A stretch of DNA of 64,000 nucleotides from an uncultured Bacteroidales bacterium (GTDB lineage Bacteria > Bacteroidota > Bacteroidia > Bacteroidales > JAUNSR01), in contig CAMTON010000004.1 in NCBI GenBank assembly GCA_947074105.1, positions 2,683-66,682 on the forward strand, given 5' to 3'. Position 1 is the first letter of the stretch. The number at the start of each line of letters is the position of its first letter. Of this stretch, positions 38,106 through 47,445 are shown one piece after another. The position numbers and the translations under genes were made by a program. The notes beneath the pieces were generated by a model. It did not search any database and was not told where the DNA came from. It saw only the letters and a list, made by a program, of their open reading frames with translations.

Positions 38106-39998
38106 TTAGTCTCCTGCAGTACCTTCTACCCAGTCCATCCATCCTAAAGAGATAACAGTAGCATTATACTCGAATCCCTGAATTACAAAATCTGATATCG
38201 TCGTATTACCTCCAATTCTTGAGAATGAAACATTCTCATAAGGTGAAGTTGGGAAAATAAGATTTGTCATAGCTATTTCTCCATTATTTATGAAAACTTC
38301 AACTGAAGTTCTGTCGAGATATATATCAACTTTATATTTTGACATATCCGGTGTAGGTTCTTTTTTCTGTGTGGAAGGAGTAATATATAGAGGAGCAACA
38401 CTACTTCCCGGGAAATCTGAGCTGAATTTCACCAGACCGCTATTGGATCTGTCAATACTGAATATCTTATTTGCAAAATTGAGGTTAAGACTTACGAATT
38501 CACGTAAATTGTTGCTTAAAACAATTGTAGCAGACGGAAGATCAGATGTAACAGTAAAACTGATTTTACAACAACCCTGCATATCTTCAAGGATTTCTTT
38601 AGTTGAGAAATCTTTATCTACAGTTACATTGTCAAGAGATTTTGTGAATTTAGCAATCTCATTAAATTGTGTTGACGGTGCAGTATTCAGATAAAATTCA
38701 TTTGCCTTTTTGATAAGAGACAGTTTGCGGGGAAATGTCTTATAATTTGTGTAAATGACATTTGGTGTAAGATTGGCATATAAGGCATTATCCATCCATG
38801 AAATAAGATAATTTTCAGACGACTGAGTATTTGTAATTATAGCAGGAGTCGCAAAATCCATTCCGTAGTCTACAGGAAGAGCCTGACTTACATCTGCGGT
38901 AAAAGTAACTCCATCGAAATTGCCTACAACATACTTAGTGTTTCCGGCTTTATCGGCACTGTTTTTAATATTGTAGAACAAAACCCATTTTTTTTCACCC
39001 TTATCTGTGGCAAGTTCAACAAGTTCGGGATTCTGGATAACAATACCCGGAAGTTTGGATCCAAAATCAAGAACTGATTCTTTTTTCCACTCCTTAAGAT
39101 CTGAAGAGGATAGTAATACAACTGAACTTCCTGAACTTAAGAGCATAACCCATTTCCCTCCTTTATCATATCTTATTATTTTAGGATCGCATAGAGCAGT
39201 ATTTTCCATTCCTTCTACAGAAATCTTCACATCAGTCTTTTTGAATTTTTCTCCAAGGTTATTGCTGTAGTTAAGAAATACTGAATTTTTAACATTATCC
39301 ATAGTGTAGAAATACAGTATCGAGTTATTTCCATAGCCTGACTTATCATTACTGTCGATTACAACACAACCTGAGTTTACCTGAGAAATATCTTTTATAT
39401 CAAAATCAGCTTTTTTGTAGCTCCATTCAAAGAGATTTGAGCCCGAAGCATGGGCTATTGAAGGCTCTCCCCATACTTTTCCATGAGTGTAATACTGATA
39501 AAACATATGATAAACTCCGTCAATGACGAAGCTGCCCATATTTTTGCTGAACCAACCGAAAGGGGCGCTGAAATGATATACAGGACGGTATTTATCCGCA
39601 TAATCAAGGTTCAGCTTGTTGCTTAAAGCAATACTGTCTACCCACATAGAGGTCTGCAGCGAATCGCTTACAATGAGTCGTACATCAGAATCTCTTTTCA
39701 GACGGTTCAGGTCTACAGGATACATATAATCCAGTTTATTGATAGCAAGACGTAATTCTGTTTCACTGATTGCGTTATTATCTGAATAAAATTTTATTTT
39801 TTTCAGAGGAGCGTCACTCTGAATAGGAAGAAGTAGGAACTCTCTGTCAGCCTTAAAGGTGACTTCTTTTTCTCCCGGTGCAATGTTTTTGACTGTAAGC
39901 TTTTGCTCTTTCTGATTACAAGATATTACGCCATAAGCCATAAAGCCAAGGATGATGATAATCCTTGAAATAAACATAGTTTTTGAAGTGCGTCTCAT
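38106..39998 (-). CDS. GH32-fold lipoprotein with substituted catalytic positions (predicted non-catalytic fructosidase homologue)
   Basis: 630 aa with lipobox VISC. The GH32 framework is present: YRPVYHF, SGCVVID, YVVGNFDG, VDYGMDFATP, and the C-terminal sandwich DRTSVEVFINNG. However WMNDPNG reads WFSKNMG, RDP reads CDP, and WECP reads IQNP. Confidence 0.8.
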   Translation of the reverse strand: MRRTSKTMFISRIIIILGFMAYGVISCNQKEQKLTVKNIAPGEKEVTFKADREFLLLPIQSDAPLKKIKFYSDNNAISETELRLAINKLDYMYPVDLNRLKRDSDVRLIVSDSLQTSMWVDSIALSNKLNLDYADKYRPVYHFSAPFGWFSKNMGSFVIDGVYHMFYQYYTHGKVWGEPSIAHASGSNLFEWSYKKADFDIKDISQVNSGCVVIDSNDKSGYGNNSILYFYTMDNVKNSVFLNYSNNLGEKFKKTDVKISVEGMENTALCDPKIIRYDKGGKWVMLLSSGSSVVLLSSSDLKEWKKESVLDFGSKLPGIVIQNPELVELATDKGEKKWVLFYNIKNSADKAGNTKYVVGNFDGVTFTADVSQALPVDYGMDFATPAIITNTQSSENYLISWMDNALYANLTPNVIYTNYKTFPRKLSLIKKANEFYLNTAPSTQFNEIAKFTKSLDNVTVDKDFSTKEILEDMQGCCKISFTVTSDLPSATIVLSNNLREFVSLNLNFANKIFSIDRSNSGLVKFSSDFPGSSVAPLYITPSTQKKEPTPDMSKYKVDIYLDRTSVEVFINNGEIAMTNLIFPTSPYENVSFSRIGGNTTISDFVIQGFEYNATVISLGWMDWVEGTAGD

Positions 39999-40171
39999 AA
40001 GTACCTGCTTTTTTATTTATTATTTTTAATAACAGTTAATTTGAAATAAAGTTCAAGTCTTTAAACAGAATTTTCGTTAATAACTTAAAGAAAATAAAAA
40101 ACTGACAAAGATTCATAATCGCTTGAAATATAGCGTTATGGCTTGTTTTGAATTTATATTTGATATTGTTT

Positions 40172-41395
40172 TTAATGTCCTTTTCCTGATCGCCTGTATC
40201 TCGCAATTCTATATATCGTAATAGTCACTGCTGCGCTAAAAGCAAGAGACATATTTACCCAGAATGCAAAAGTCTGATTTTCAATTTTAAGCTTTTCCTG
40301 TATTCCGGTTATTATGAAGGGGTATAAAAGAATACCTGCATAATCTATAACTATAGACCATGCATAAGCCATAGTCAGCGCTCTGTCAGAAGCCACTGAA
40401 GCCGTTTTTTCATAAATAAAGGGCATAACCACACCATAAAATATCCCCATTATCATAATACCTGATGCGATAACCCAGAGAGAAGAACTTATAAGAATAA
40501 TACCAAAACCTAAAGCTATCATGTACATACAGACTTCATATATGTAAACACCGAAAAACTTAACAAGAGGATTAAGAAAAAATCCCGGCAGCATTCCTGC
40601 AATGTAAATAAGACTCATTAAATCGCTTGTTATGCCGCTGCCGTGATGATATTGTTCCATAAGAAAAGGAAGATTGACGCTTATACACATCCCCATAAAG
40701 TTAGCAAGACCGTGATAACACATGTATTGAATGATTTTGGGGATGTTAATTTCCTTATATATATTTACTTTTATTTGTTTACCATCTTTTGTCAGTTGTA
40801 GAATTTCCTGTTTCGGGCGTTTGATATATTTGCGTAGAAAAGGAGATAACGCAATAGGTATTATTCCTAACATATATATAGAAAAAGGAAGGTGCCAGTT
40901 GATCTTAGCAATATATCCTACGAATATTATTATTCCGACCATAGCTATATTTGATGTGGCAGAAGAATAACCGAATTGCCTTACTCTGGCTTCGCCAGTA
41001 AATATTCTGGCAAAAAGTGTTGCAGAAAGCGGAATGATTATTCCTGCCCCTATTCCCATTATTGTACTTAGTATAATGAGCCATAACAGACTTTTAGTAA
41101 AAAGCATTATTGCTCCTGATGCTGCGAAAATGCTGAATCCGATATTAAGCAGTAATGTTGTACTTATTCTTGTAGCCATTTTTCCTCCGATTAGAATAAA
41201 GGGAATTATCGCAATCGAAGGCATTGTGGAAAGAAGCTGTATTTCCATGTCTGATGCACCCGGAAATACAGAATTCAGTTTACCCAGAATAGGAGCAATG
41301 GCATAACCGGGAAGAAATGTCGCAATAAGAATAATATAAATATCTATAACAGCAATTAGGGAAATCGTTGTTCCTTTTCCGGTCTTGATTTGCAT
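40172..41395 (-). CDS. MFS transporter
   Basis: 407 aa with about 12 TM helices, upstream of and on the same strand as the GH32-like gene. Confidence 0.8.
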   Translation of the reverse strand: MQIKTGKGTTISLIAVIDIYIILIATFLPGYAIAPILGKLNSVFPGASDMEIQLLSTMPSIAIIPFILIGGKMATRISTTLLLNIGFSIFAASGAIMLFTKSLLWLIILSTIMGIGAGIIIPLSATLFARIFTGEARVRQFGYSSATSNIAMVGIIIFVGYIAKINWHLPFSIYMLGIIPIALSPFLRKYIKRPKQEILQLTKDGKQIKVNIYKEINIPKIIQYMCYHGLANFMGMCISVNLPFLMEQYHHGSGITSDLMSLIYIAGMLPGFFLNPLVKFFGVYIYEVCMYMIALGFGIILISSSLWVIASGIMIMGIFYGVVMPFIYEKTASVASDRALTMAYAWSIVIDYAGILLYPFIITGIQEKLKIENQTFAFWVNMSLAFSAAVTITIYRIARYRRSGKGH

Positions 41396-41636
41396 TAACG
41401 TATATTTTATATTAAAATTCTAACAATGATATAATGTCTATTGTTTTTCTTTCTGTTTATTTATCTTTTCAATGTTTAATGCTGATATATCTGTCATTGC
41501 AAAAGACTTTATAGAAAAATTAAATTTTGGAAATATGTAAGTAAAAAGTTAACCTAAACAAAGATTTTACAAGCCCTTTTATAATAAATATTACAATATG
41601 CTATATAATATATAAAATTATTTACTGAATATTATT

Positions 41637-41644
41637 TATATTTG
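41637..41644 (+). promoter_or_regulatory. Bacteroidota -7 box (TATATTTG) for dsbD, bracketed by a 10-bp inverted repeat
   Basis: TAnnTTTG match about 105 nt upstream of the ATG at 41749. ACTGAATATT (41624-41633) and AATATTCAGT (41664-41673) flank it. Confidence 0.4.
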
Positions 41645-41748
41645 TATGCAATTTTAGAATTGGAATATTCAGTGCATATATTGAGATTCCTAATAGAGGT
41701 GTTAGAATTTTTTATCAGTTAAATCCAACAAGACTATATTAATTTTTT

Positions 41749-43782
41749 ATGAGAAGATCGGCTTTCTTATTATACTTTTTGTGCTCTTTTATCTTTGCAA
41801 ATGCTCAGATTTTTGATCCTATCAAATGGAGCTTTTCAACAAAAGACATTTCCGAGTCAGAAAAAGAACTTGTTTTTACGGCAAAAATAGAAAACGGCTG
41901 GCATCTTTACGGCCTTCAGCTTCCTGAAGGAGGTCCTATTGCCACTGAGTTTAACTTCACATCTATAAAAGGTGCAAAACTTATCGGAAAGCCTAAAGCT
42001 TCCAGAAGTCCCATATTTAAATATGACGCTTTATTTGATATGGAACTTAACTGGTATGATGATGATGTTTCGTTTACTCAGACAATACAATTGACAGAAA
42101 ATGATTTCTCTATAAAAGGCGAGGTCAGATATATGGGATGTAATGATGAAAATTGTATGCCTCCGACACCTGAAGATTTCAGTTTTACCGGAACGGGTAA
42201 AGCTGTCACTCTTGCTAAAATATCTACAAAACAGGAAGCAGAAAAGGCCGGTGCAAATGAAGAGCCTGCGATGACTATTCCTGTAATCGAAGATATTGCA
42301 GTAGTGGGAAATAATCAAACCGGGAAAAATAAAGTGTCTTCCGTAACTGATGTAGACCTATGGTCACCTGTGGTTGATCAGCTTCAGACAATGAGCGAAG
42401 CTCCCATCGGGGAAGATACTTCACTTATTATCATTCTTATTACAGGTTTTATAGGTGGACTTCTTGCCCTTCTTACACCTTGCGTATGGCCAATGATCCC
42501 GATGACGGTAAGTTTCTTTCTGAAACGTACGAAAGACAGAAAAAAATCAATTCGTGATGCCATGACATATGGTGTTTCAATTGTAATTATATATGTGGCT
42601 CTTGGTTTGATCATAACAGGGGCATTCGGAGCGAGTGCTCTTAATAATCTTGCTACAAATGCTATTTTCAATATAATATTCTTTTTACTTCTTGTTGTTT
42701 TTGCAATCTCTTTTCTTGGAGCGTTCGAAATCACTCTTCCATCTTCATGGACTACGAAGCTTGACAGTAAGGCTGATTCAACAACCGGATTACTGAGTAT
42801 ATTTTTCATGGCATTTACTCTTTCGCTTGTTTCTTTCTCCTGTACGGGCCCTATTATCGGAACACTTCTTGTCCAGGCTGCATCTATGGGTGCAACAGCA
42901 GGCCCGGCAATAGGGATGTTTGGTTTTGCTCTTGCATTATCAATACCTTTTACTCTTTTTGCCATCTTCCCTTCTATGCTTCAGTCAATGCCTAAATCCG
43001 GTGGATGGCTGAATTCGGTAAAAGTTGTTCTTGGTTTCCTTGAACTCGCACTGGCTCTTAAGTTCCTTTCAGTTGCCGATCTTGCCTACGGATGGAGAAT
43101 TCTTGACAGAGAAGTATTTATTGCATTATGGATAATCATATTCTTTTTACTTGGTATATATCTTCTCGGAATCATTCGTTTTTCTCATGACTCGGATACG
43201 CAATACGTTTCGGTAACAAAATTGTTTTTGTCCATTATCTCGCTTTCATTTGCTATATATATGATTCCCGGACTATGGGGTGCGCCTCTAAAAGCTATCA
43301 GTGCTTTTGCTCCGCCACTTGCAACTCAGGATTTCAATCTTTATTCAGGAGAAACACATGCCGAATTTTCTGATTTTGATGAAGGTATGGCTTATGCAAG
43401 AAAGAATAATAAACCTGTTCTTGTCGATTTTTCCGGTTACGGCTGCGTGAACTGCAGAAAAATGGAAGCAACGGTATGGGCTGATAAAGACGTAAAATCG
43501 ATCATTGATAATGATTATGTTCTTATTACATTATATGTTGACGATAAGACGCCTCTTGACTCTGAAATTAAAATAGAGGAATATGGCAAAACGAGAACTT
43601 TGAGAACTGTTGGTGATAAGTGGAGTTATCTTCAGAGGTATAAGTTTGGTGCAAATGCACAGCCGTATTATGTTATACTGGATGAAAATGGCAATCCGCT
43701 TTCACCCTCTTATTCATATAACGAAAATGTAAATGAATATCTGAAATTCCTGAATACAGGTATTGAGAATTACAAAAAATAA
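41749..43782 (+). CDS. dsbD: Thiol:disulfide interchange protein DsbD family
   Basis: 677 aa with an N-terminal periplasmic domain, a TM core with Cys motifs LTPCVWPMIP and FSCTGPIIG, and a C-terminal thioredoxin fold with GCVNC. Confidence 0.9.
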   Translation: MRRSAFLLYFLCSFIFANAQIFDPIKWSFSTKDISESEKELVFTAKIENGWHLYGLQLPEGGPIATEFNFTSIKGAKLIGKPKASRSPIFKYDALFDMELNWYDDDVSFTQTIQLTENDFSIKGEVRYMGCNDENCMPPTPEDFSFTGTGKAVTLAKISTKQEAEKAGANEEPAMTIPVIEDIAVVGNNQTGKNKVSSVTDVDLWSPVVDQLQTMSEAPIGEDTSLIIILITGFIGGLLALLTPCVWPMIPMTVSFFLKRTKDRKKSIRDAMTYGVSIVIIYVALGLIITGAFGASALNNLATNAIFNIIFFLLLVVFAISFLGAFEITLPSSWTTKLDSKADSTTGLLSIFFMAFTLSLVSFSCTGPIIGTLLVQAASMGATAGPAIGMFGFALALSIPFTLFAIFPSMLQSMPKSGGWLNSVKVVLGFLELALALKFLSVADLAYGWRILDREVFIALWIIIFFLLGIYLLGIIRFSHDSDTQYVSVTKLFLSIISLSFAIYMIPGLWGAPLKAISAFAPPLATQDFNLYSGETHAEFSDFDEGMAYARKNNKPVLVDFSGYGCVNCRKMEATVWADKDVKSIIDNDYVLITLYVDDKTPLDSEIKIEEYGKTRTLRTVGDKWSYLQRYKFGANAQPYYVILDENGNPLSPSYSYNENVNEYLKFLNTGIENYKK

Positions 43783-43809
43783 TCTGATTTTTCATTATAA
43801 TTAAAAAAA

Positions 43810-43850
43810 GGTATCTTCACGCTTATAAAACAGTGGAAGATACCTTTTTT
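43810..43850 (+). terminator. Rho-independent terminator after dsbD
   Basis: GGTATCTTCAC pairs with GTGGAAGATACC, followed by 6 T. Confidence 0.75.
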
Positions 43851-44127
43851 CTTTACTTTATTATGCGAATAAGGTAGATGTCTTTTCATTATAAAAGAAT
43901 GTTAACTGCATCTAATTTCGTGATATAAAGTCTTAACAAATCATGGAAATACACAAAAATCAAATCAAAACATGGTTACATGAATAAATTTGAGTAAATT
44001 CGTTACTTTAAATTTATATAAAATGAATTTATTCTTTCTTTTATCGGAATAAGAACGGATAAATAATTCATTTTAACAGCCGTTAGCCATTTCCCGGAAA
44101 ACGGTTTTTTATATAAGAATTTTGATA

Positions 44128-45159
44128 ATGATATCTGAAATAATAGATAAAGATAAGCTGATACAGGCAGTCAGAGCTATTGACGGGAGTAACAATATTG
44201 TGATCACAGCTCACATTTCGCCTGATGGTGATGCGATGGGAAGTAGTCTTGCAATGTATCACTTATTAAAAAGACTTCATAAAAATGTAACAATAGTTTT
44301 AAATGACATGTGTGCAGACAATCTTGCCTGGTTACCGGGTTCTGAGTTTGTACTTACATATGAAGAAAATCGAAAAGAAGCATATGAAACTATAGCCGCT
44401 GCCGATCTGATATTCTGTATGGATTTTAATGCTCCAAAAAGAATGGGACGTATAGAAAATGAGATTCTTGCAGCTACCGGGATGAAAGTTCTTATTGATC
44501 ATCATCTGTATCCTGGTGATTTTTGTGATATAGTGATTTCATATCCTAAAATGACTTCAACATGTGAACTTGTTTACCATTTTCTTATGGAGTCGGGAAA
44601 ACTTGAATATATGAATAAGGAGATAGCAACATGTCTTTATACAGGTATGATGACTGATACAGGTGCTTTTACCTATAATTCCAATTCTCCTGAATTATAT
44701 ATTATTATAAGCAAACTTCTGGCTTTTGATATTGATAAAGATCATATTTATGACCTTGTCAATAATACTTTTTCTGAAACCAGAGAGAGACTTATGGGAT
44801 ATACCATAAGTGAAAAAATGAGAGTCTATCCGGCTTATCAGGCAGCAATGATAGATTTGTCAAAAGAAGAACTGAAAAATTATAAATATAAAAAGGGCGA
44901 TACCGAAGGATTTGTAAATATTCCTTTGTCAGTAAAAGGAGTTGTCTTTTCAGTGTTTTTCAGAGAAGATTGCGATTATATAAAAGTATCTTTAAGATCT
45001 AAAGGCGATTTTCCTGCAAATATCGTTTCTGAAAACCATTTTAACGGAGGCGGACATAAAAATGCAGCCGGCGGAGAGTTTTTCGGAACGATGGAAGAGG
45101 CTATTGAACTTTTAGAATCTGTTTTACCTCTTTATACACAATATCTTAAAAAGGAATAA
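44128..45159 (+). CDS. DHH/DHHA1 phosphoesterase (NrnA-like oligoribonuclease/pAp phosphatase)
   Basis: Motifs HISPDGDAMGS, LIDHH and GGGHKNAAGG. I use the ATG at 44128; the ORF track starts at a TTG at 44122. Confidence 0.8.
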   Translation: MISEIIDKDKLIQAVRAIDGSNNIVITAHISPDGDAMGSSLAMYHLLKRLHKNVTIVLNDMCADNLAWLPGSEFVLTYEENRKEAYETIAAADLIFCMDFNAPKRMGRIENEILAATGMKVLIDHHLYPGDFCDIVISYPKMTSTCELVYHFLMESGKLEYMNKEIATCLYTGMMTDTGAFTYNSNSPELYIIISKLLAFDIDKDHIYDLVNNTFSETRERLMGYTISEKMRVYPAYQAAMIDLSKEELKNYKYKKGDTEGFVNIPLSVKGVVFSVFFREDCDYIKVSLRSKGDFPANIVSENHFNGGGHKNAAGGEFFGTMEEAIELLESVLPLYTQYLKKE

Positions 45160-45250
45160 AGTAATATTTTTTAATAGTATTAAAAAGGTGTATAACATAA
45201 AAAAGAGGTAATTTTGTAAATATATAAATTAATCAAACAAAGAAGCTATA

Positions 45251-45898
45251 ATGAAGAAGACGAAAGTGTTATTGATGACGTTAGTGGTGTTTGTATGCGC
45301 GGCGATGACTATATCGTGTGATGATTCTAAGACTTATGCAGAAAAACTTGCAGATGAAAAGTCTGCAATTAAATATTTTATAAATGAACAGAAAATAAAT
45401 GCTATTGATATCAGCGAAGATGATGAAGCTGAATATTATAAGCAGAGATCGTTCAAAAATTCTGAAAACAAACATTTTGAATTAAATCAGTGGTACAGAA
45501 TCAAGGATAAAGAAAACATGTATATGCAGATTCTTGATTATGGTGACACAGATGATATGTTTGGAAAACCTGAAGGTCAGATTGTAAATAATAATAATAT
45601 AATTATACGTTATGACAGCTGTTATAATCTTTTGACTTATAATGACCTGTCATCTGAATCAACTGGTAATATTAATTATAACGATTATTATTGGGAAATC
45701 AATCCATGGAGCTACGGTTATACAAGTACTTATGGTGTAGGTCTTGATTTTCCTATTCCTTTTATCGGGAACAGAGGTAAAGTGAGACTTATTATTCCTT
45801 CAAAAGCAGGTATGACAGCAGACCAGACGAATGTAATTCCTTATTATTATCATACTGTGATATATAAGGTTGCAGGTTTCCCTTCACAGATAGAATAA
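45251..45898 (+). CDS. Lipoprotein of unknown function (DUF4827-like by recollection)
   Basis: 215 aa with lipobox MTISC. Its position between the nrnA-like gene and glmM is common in Bacteroidales. Confidence 0.45.
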   Translation: MKKTKVLLMTLVVFVCAAMTISCDDSKTYAEKLADEKSAIKYFINEQKINAIDISEDDEAEYYKQRSFKNSENKHFELNQWYRIKDKENMYMQILDYGDTDDMFGKPEGQIVNNNNIIIRYDSCYNLLTYNDLSSESTGNINYNDYYWEINPWSYGYTSTYGVGLDFPIPFIGNRGKVRLIIPSKAGMTADQTNVIPYYYHTVIYKVAGFPSQIE

Positions 45899-45923
45899 GT
45901 TTAAATTATTATTTTAGCACATT

Positions 45924-47312
45924 ATGTCTTTAATAAAATCAATTTCCGGAATACGCGGAACAATAGGAGGAAAAGCCGGCGAAGGGCTTAATCCACTTGA
46001 TATCGTAAAGTTTACGGCTGCTTATGCAACTTTGATCAAACAGATCAATCCCGGCAAACCGAATAAAATAGTAGTTGGCCGTGATGCCAGAATCTCTGGA
46101 GAAATGGTCCTTTATAATGTCATCGGGACTTTAATGGGAATGGGATTTGATGTTGTAAATATCGGATTAGCCACTACTCCGACAACAGAGCTTGCTGTTA
46201 CAATGGAAAATGCAGCCGGAGGAATTATCCTTACTGCAAGTCATAATCCGCGCCAATGGAATGCATTGAAATTATTAAATCATAAAGGAGAATTCCTTAA
46301 TGCCAAACAGGGAGAGGAAGTTCTTAGAATCGCTGAGGCAGAAGAGTTTGATTTTGCTGATGTAGATACTTTAGGAAAACTGACAGAAGACGACAGTTAT
46401 ACACGTAAACATATCGAAAGCGTACTTGCTCTTAATCTTGTAGATGTAGATGCAATAAAGAAAGCCGGATTTAAAGTAGCTGTTGACTGTGTTAATTCAG
46501 TAGGAGGTATTGCTATTCCTGAATTGCTTGAGGCACTAGGTGTTGAAAAAATAGAAAAATTATTTTGCGAACCTAACGGACAATTCCCACATAATCCGGA
46601 ACCACTTCCGGAACATCTTACTGCAATTTCTGACCTTGTAAAGGAAAACGGAGTAGATGTAGGTTTTGTTGTTGATCCGGATGTTGATCGTCTTGCGATC
46701 ATCAGCGAAGACGGGTCTATGTTCGGAGAAGAATATACTCTTGTCGCTGTAGCGGATTACGTATTGAGACACACTCCGGGTAATACAGTTTCAAATCTAA
46801 GTTCTTCAAGAGCATTAAGAGATGTTACAAGAGCCCTGGGCGGTGAATATAATGCAGCTGCGGTTGGAGAGGTTAATGTAGTGGAGAAAATGAAAGCTAC
46901 TAATGCGGTTATCGGAGGAGAAGGAAACGGAGGAGTGATCTATCCTGAATCTCATTACGGCAGAGACGCACTTGTAGGTATTGCATTATTCCTTACACAT
47001 CTTGCTAAAAACGGACAGAAAGTAAGTGAAATGAAAGCTTCATATCCTCAGTACAGCATAGCAAAACAAAAGGTTGAGCTTACTCCGGATATCGATGTAG
47101 ATGCACTTCTTTTGGCAGTAAAAGACAAATATGCTCAATATGATATCACTGATATCGACGGAGTGAAAATTGATTTCTCTGACAGATGGGTACATCTTAG
47201 AAAGTCGAATACGGAACCGATCATTCGTGTATATGCTGAGGCTTCATCAATGAAAGAAGCTGAAGAAACTGCTGCGGGTGTGATGGACGTAATCAAAGAA
47301 CTTGCGAAATAA
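45924..47312 (+). CDS. glmM: Phosphoglucosamine mutase (alpha-D-phosphohexomutase family)
   Basis: 462 aa with the active-site loop TASHNP and the metal loop VVDPDVDR. Confidence 0.85.
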   Translation: MSLIKSISGIRGTIGGKAGEGLNPLDIVKFTAAYATLIKQINPGKPNKIVVGRDARISGEMVLYNVIGTLMGMGFDVVNIGLATTPTTELAVTMENAAGGIILTASHNPRQWNALKLLNHKGEFLNAKQGEEVLRIAEAEEFDFADVDTLGKLTEDDSYTRKHIESVLALNLVDVDAIKKAGFKVAVDCVNSVGGIAIPELLEALGVEKIEKLFCEPNGQFPHNPEPLPEHLTAISDLVKENGVDVGFVVDPDVDRLAIISEDGSMFGEEYTLVAVADYVLRHTPGNTVSNLSSSRALRDVTRALGGEYNAAAVGEVNVVEKMKATNAVIGGEGNGGVIYPESHYGRDALVGIALFLTHLAKNGQKVSEMKASYPQYSIAKQKVELTPDIDVDALLLAVKDKYAQYDITDIDGVKIDFSDRWVHLRKSNTEPIIRVYAEASSMKEAEETAAGVMDVIKELAK

Positions 47313-47330
47313 GATTTAAGATAATATATA

Positions 47331-47371
47331 CGAATCCTTTTATGTCACGGCATAAGAGGATTTCGTGTTTT
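47331..47371 (+). terminator. Imperfect hairpin plus T-run after glmM
   Basis: CGAATCCTTTTATG pairs with CATAAGAGGATTTCG (with mismatches), followed by GTGTTTT. Confidence 0.45.
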
Positions 47372-47420
47372 ATATAAATAATAAATCAATATATTTTTTA
47401 TTTTAATTTAAGAAGTTAAT

Positions 47421-47428
47421 TACCTTTG
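47421..47428 (+). promoter_or_regulatory. Bacteroidota -7 box (TACCTTTG) for the second ABC-F gene
   Basis: TAnnTTTG match 18 nt upstream of the ATG at 47446, implying a very short leader. Confidence 0.45.
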
Positions 47429-47445
47429 CGCGTTGCGCATAATTA

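Noticed and set aside
42384-42965. A 193-aa minus-strand ORF inside dsbD.
   Set aside because: It lies antisense to the conserved DsbD transmembrane core. The long open frame is most likely a by-product of the sense-strand codon bias.
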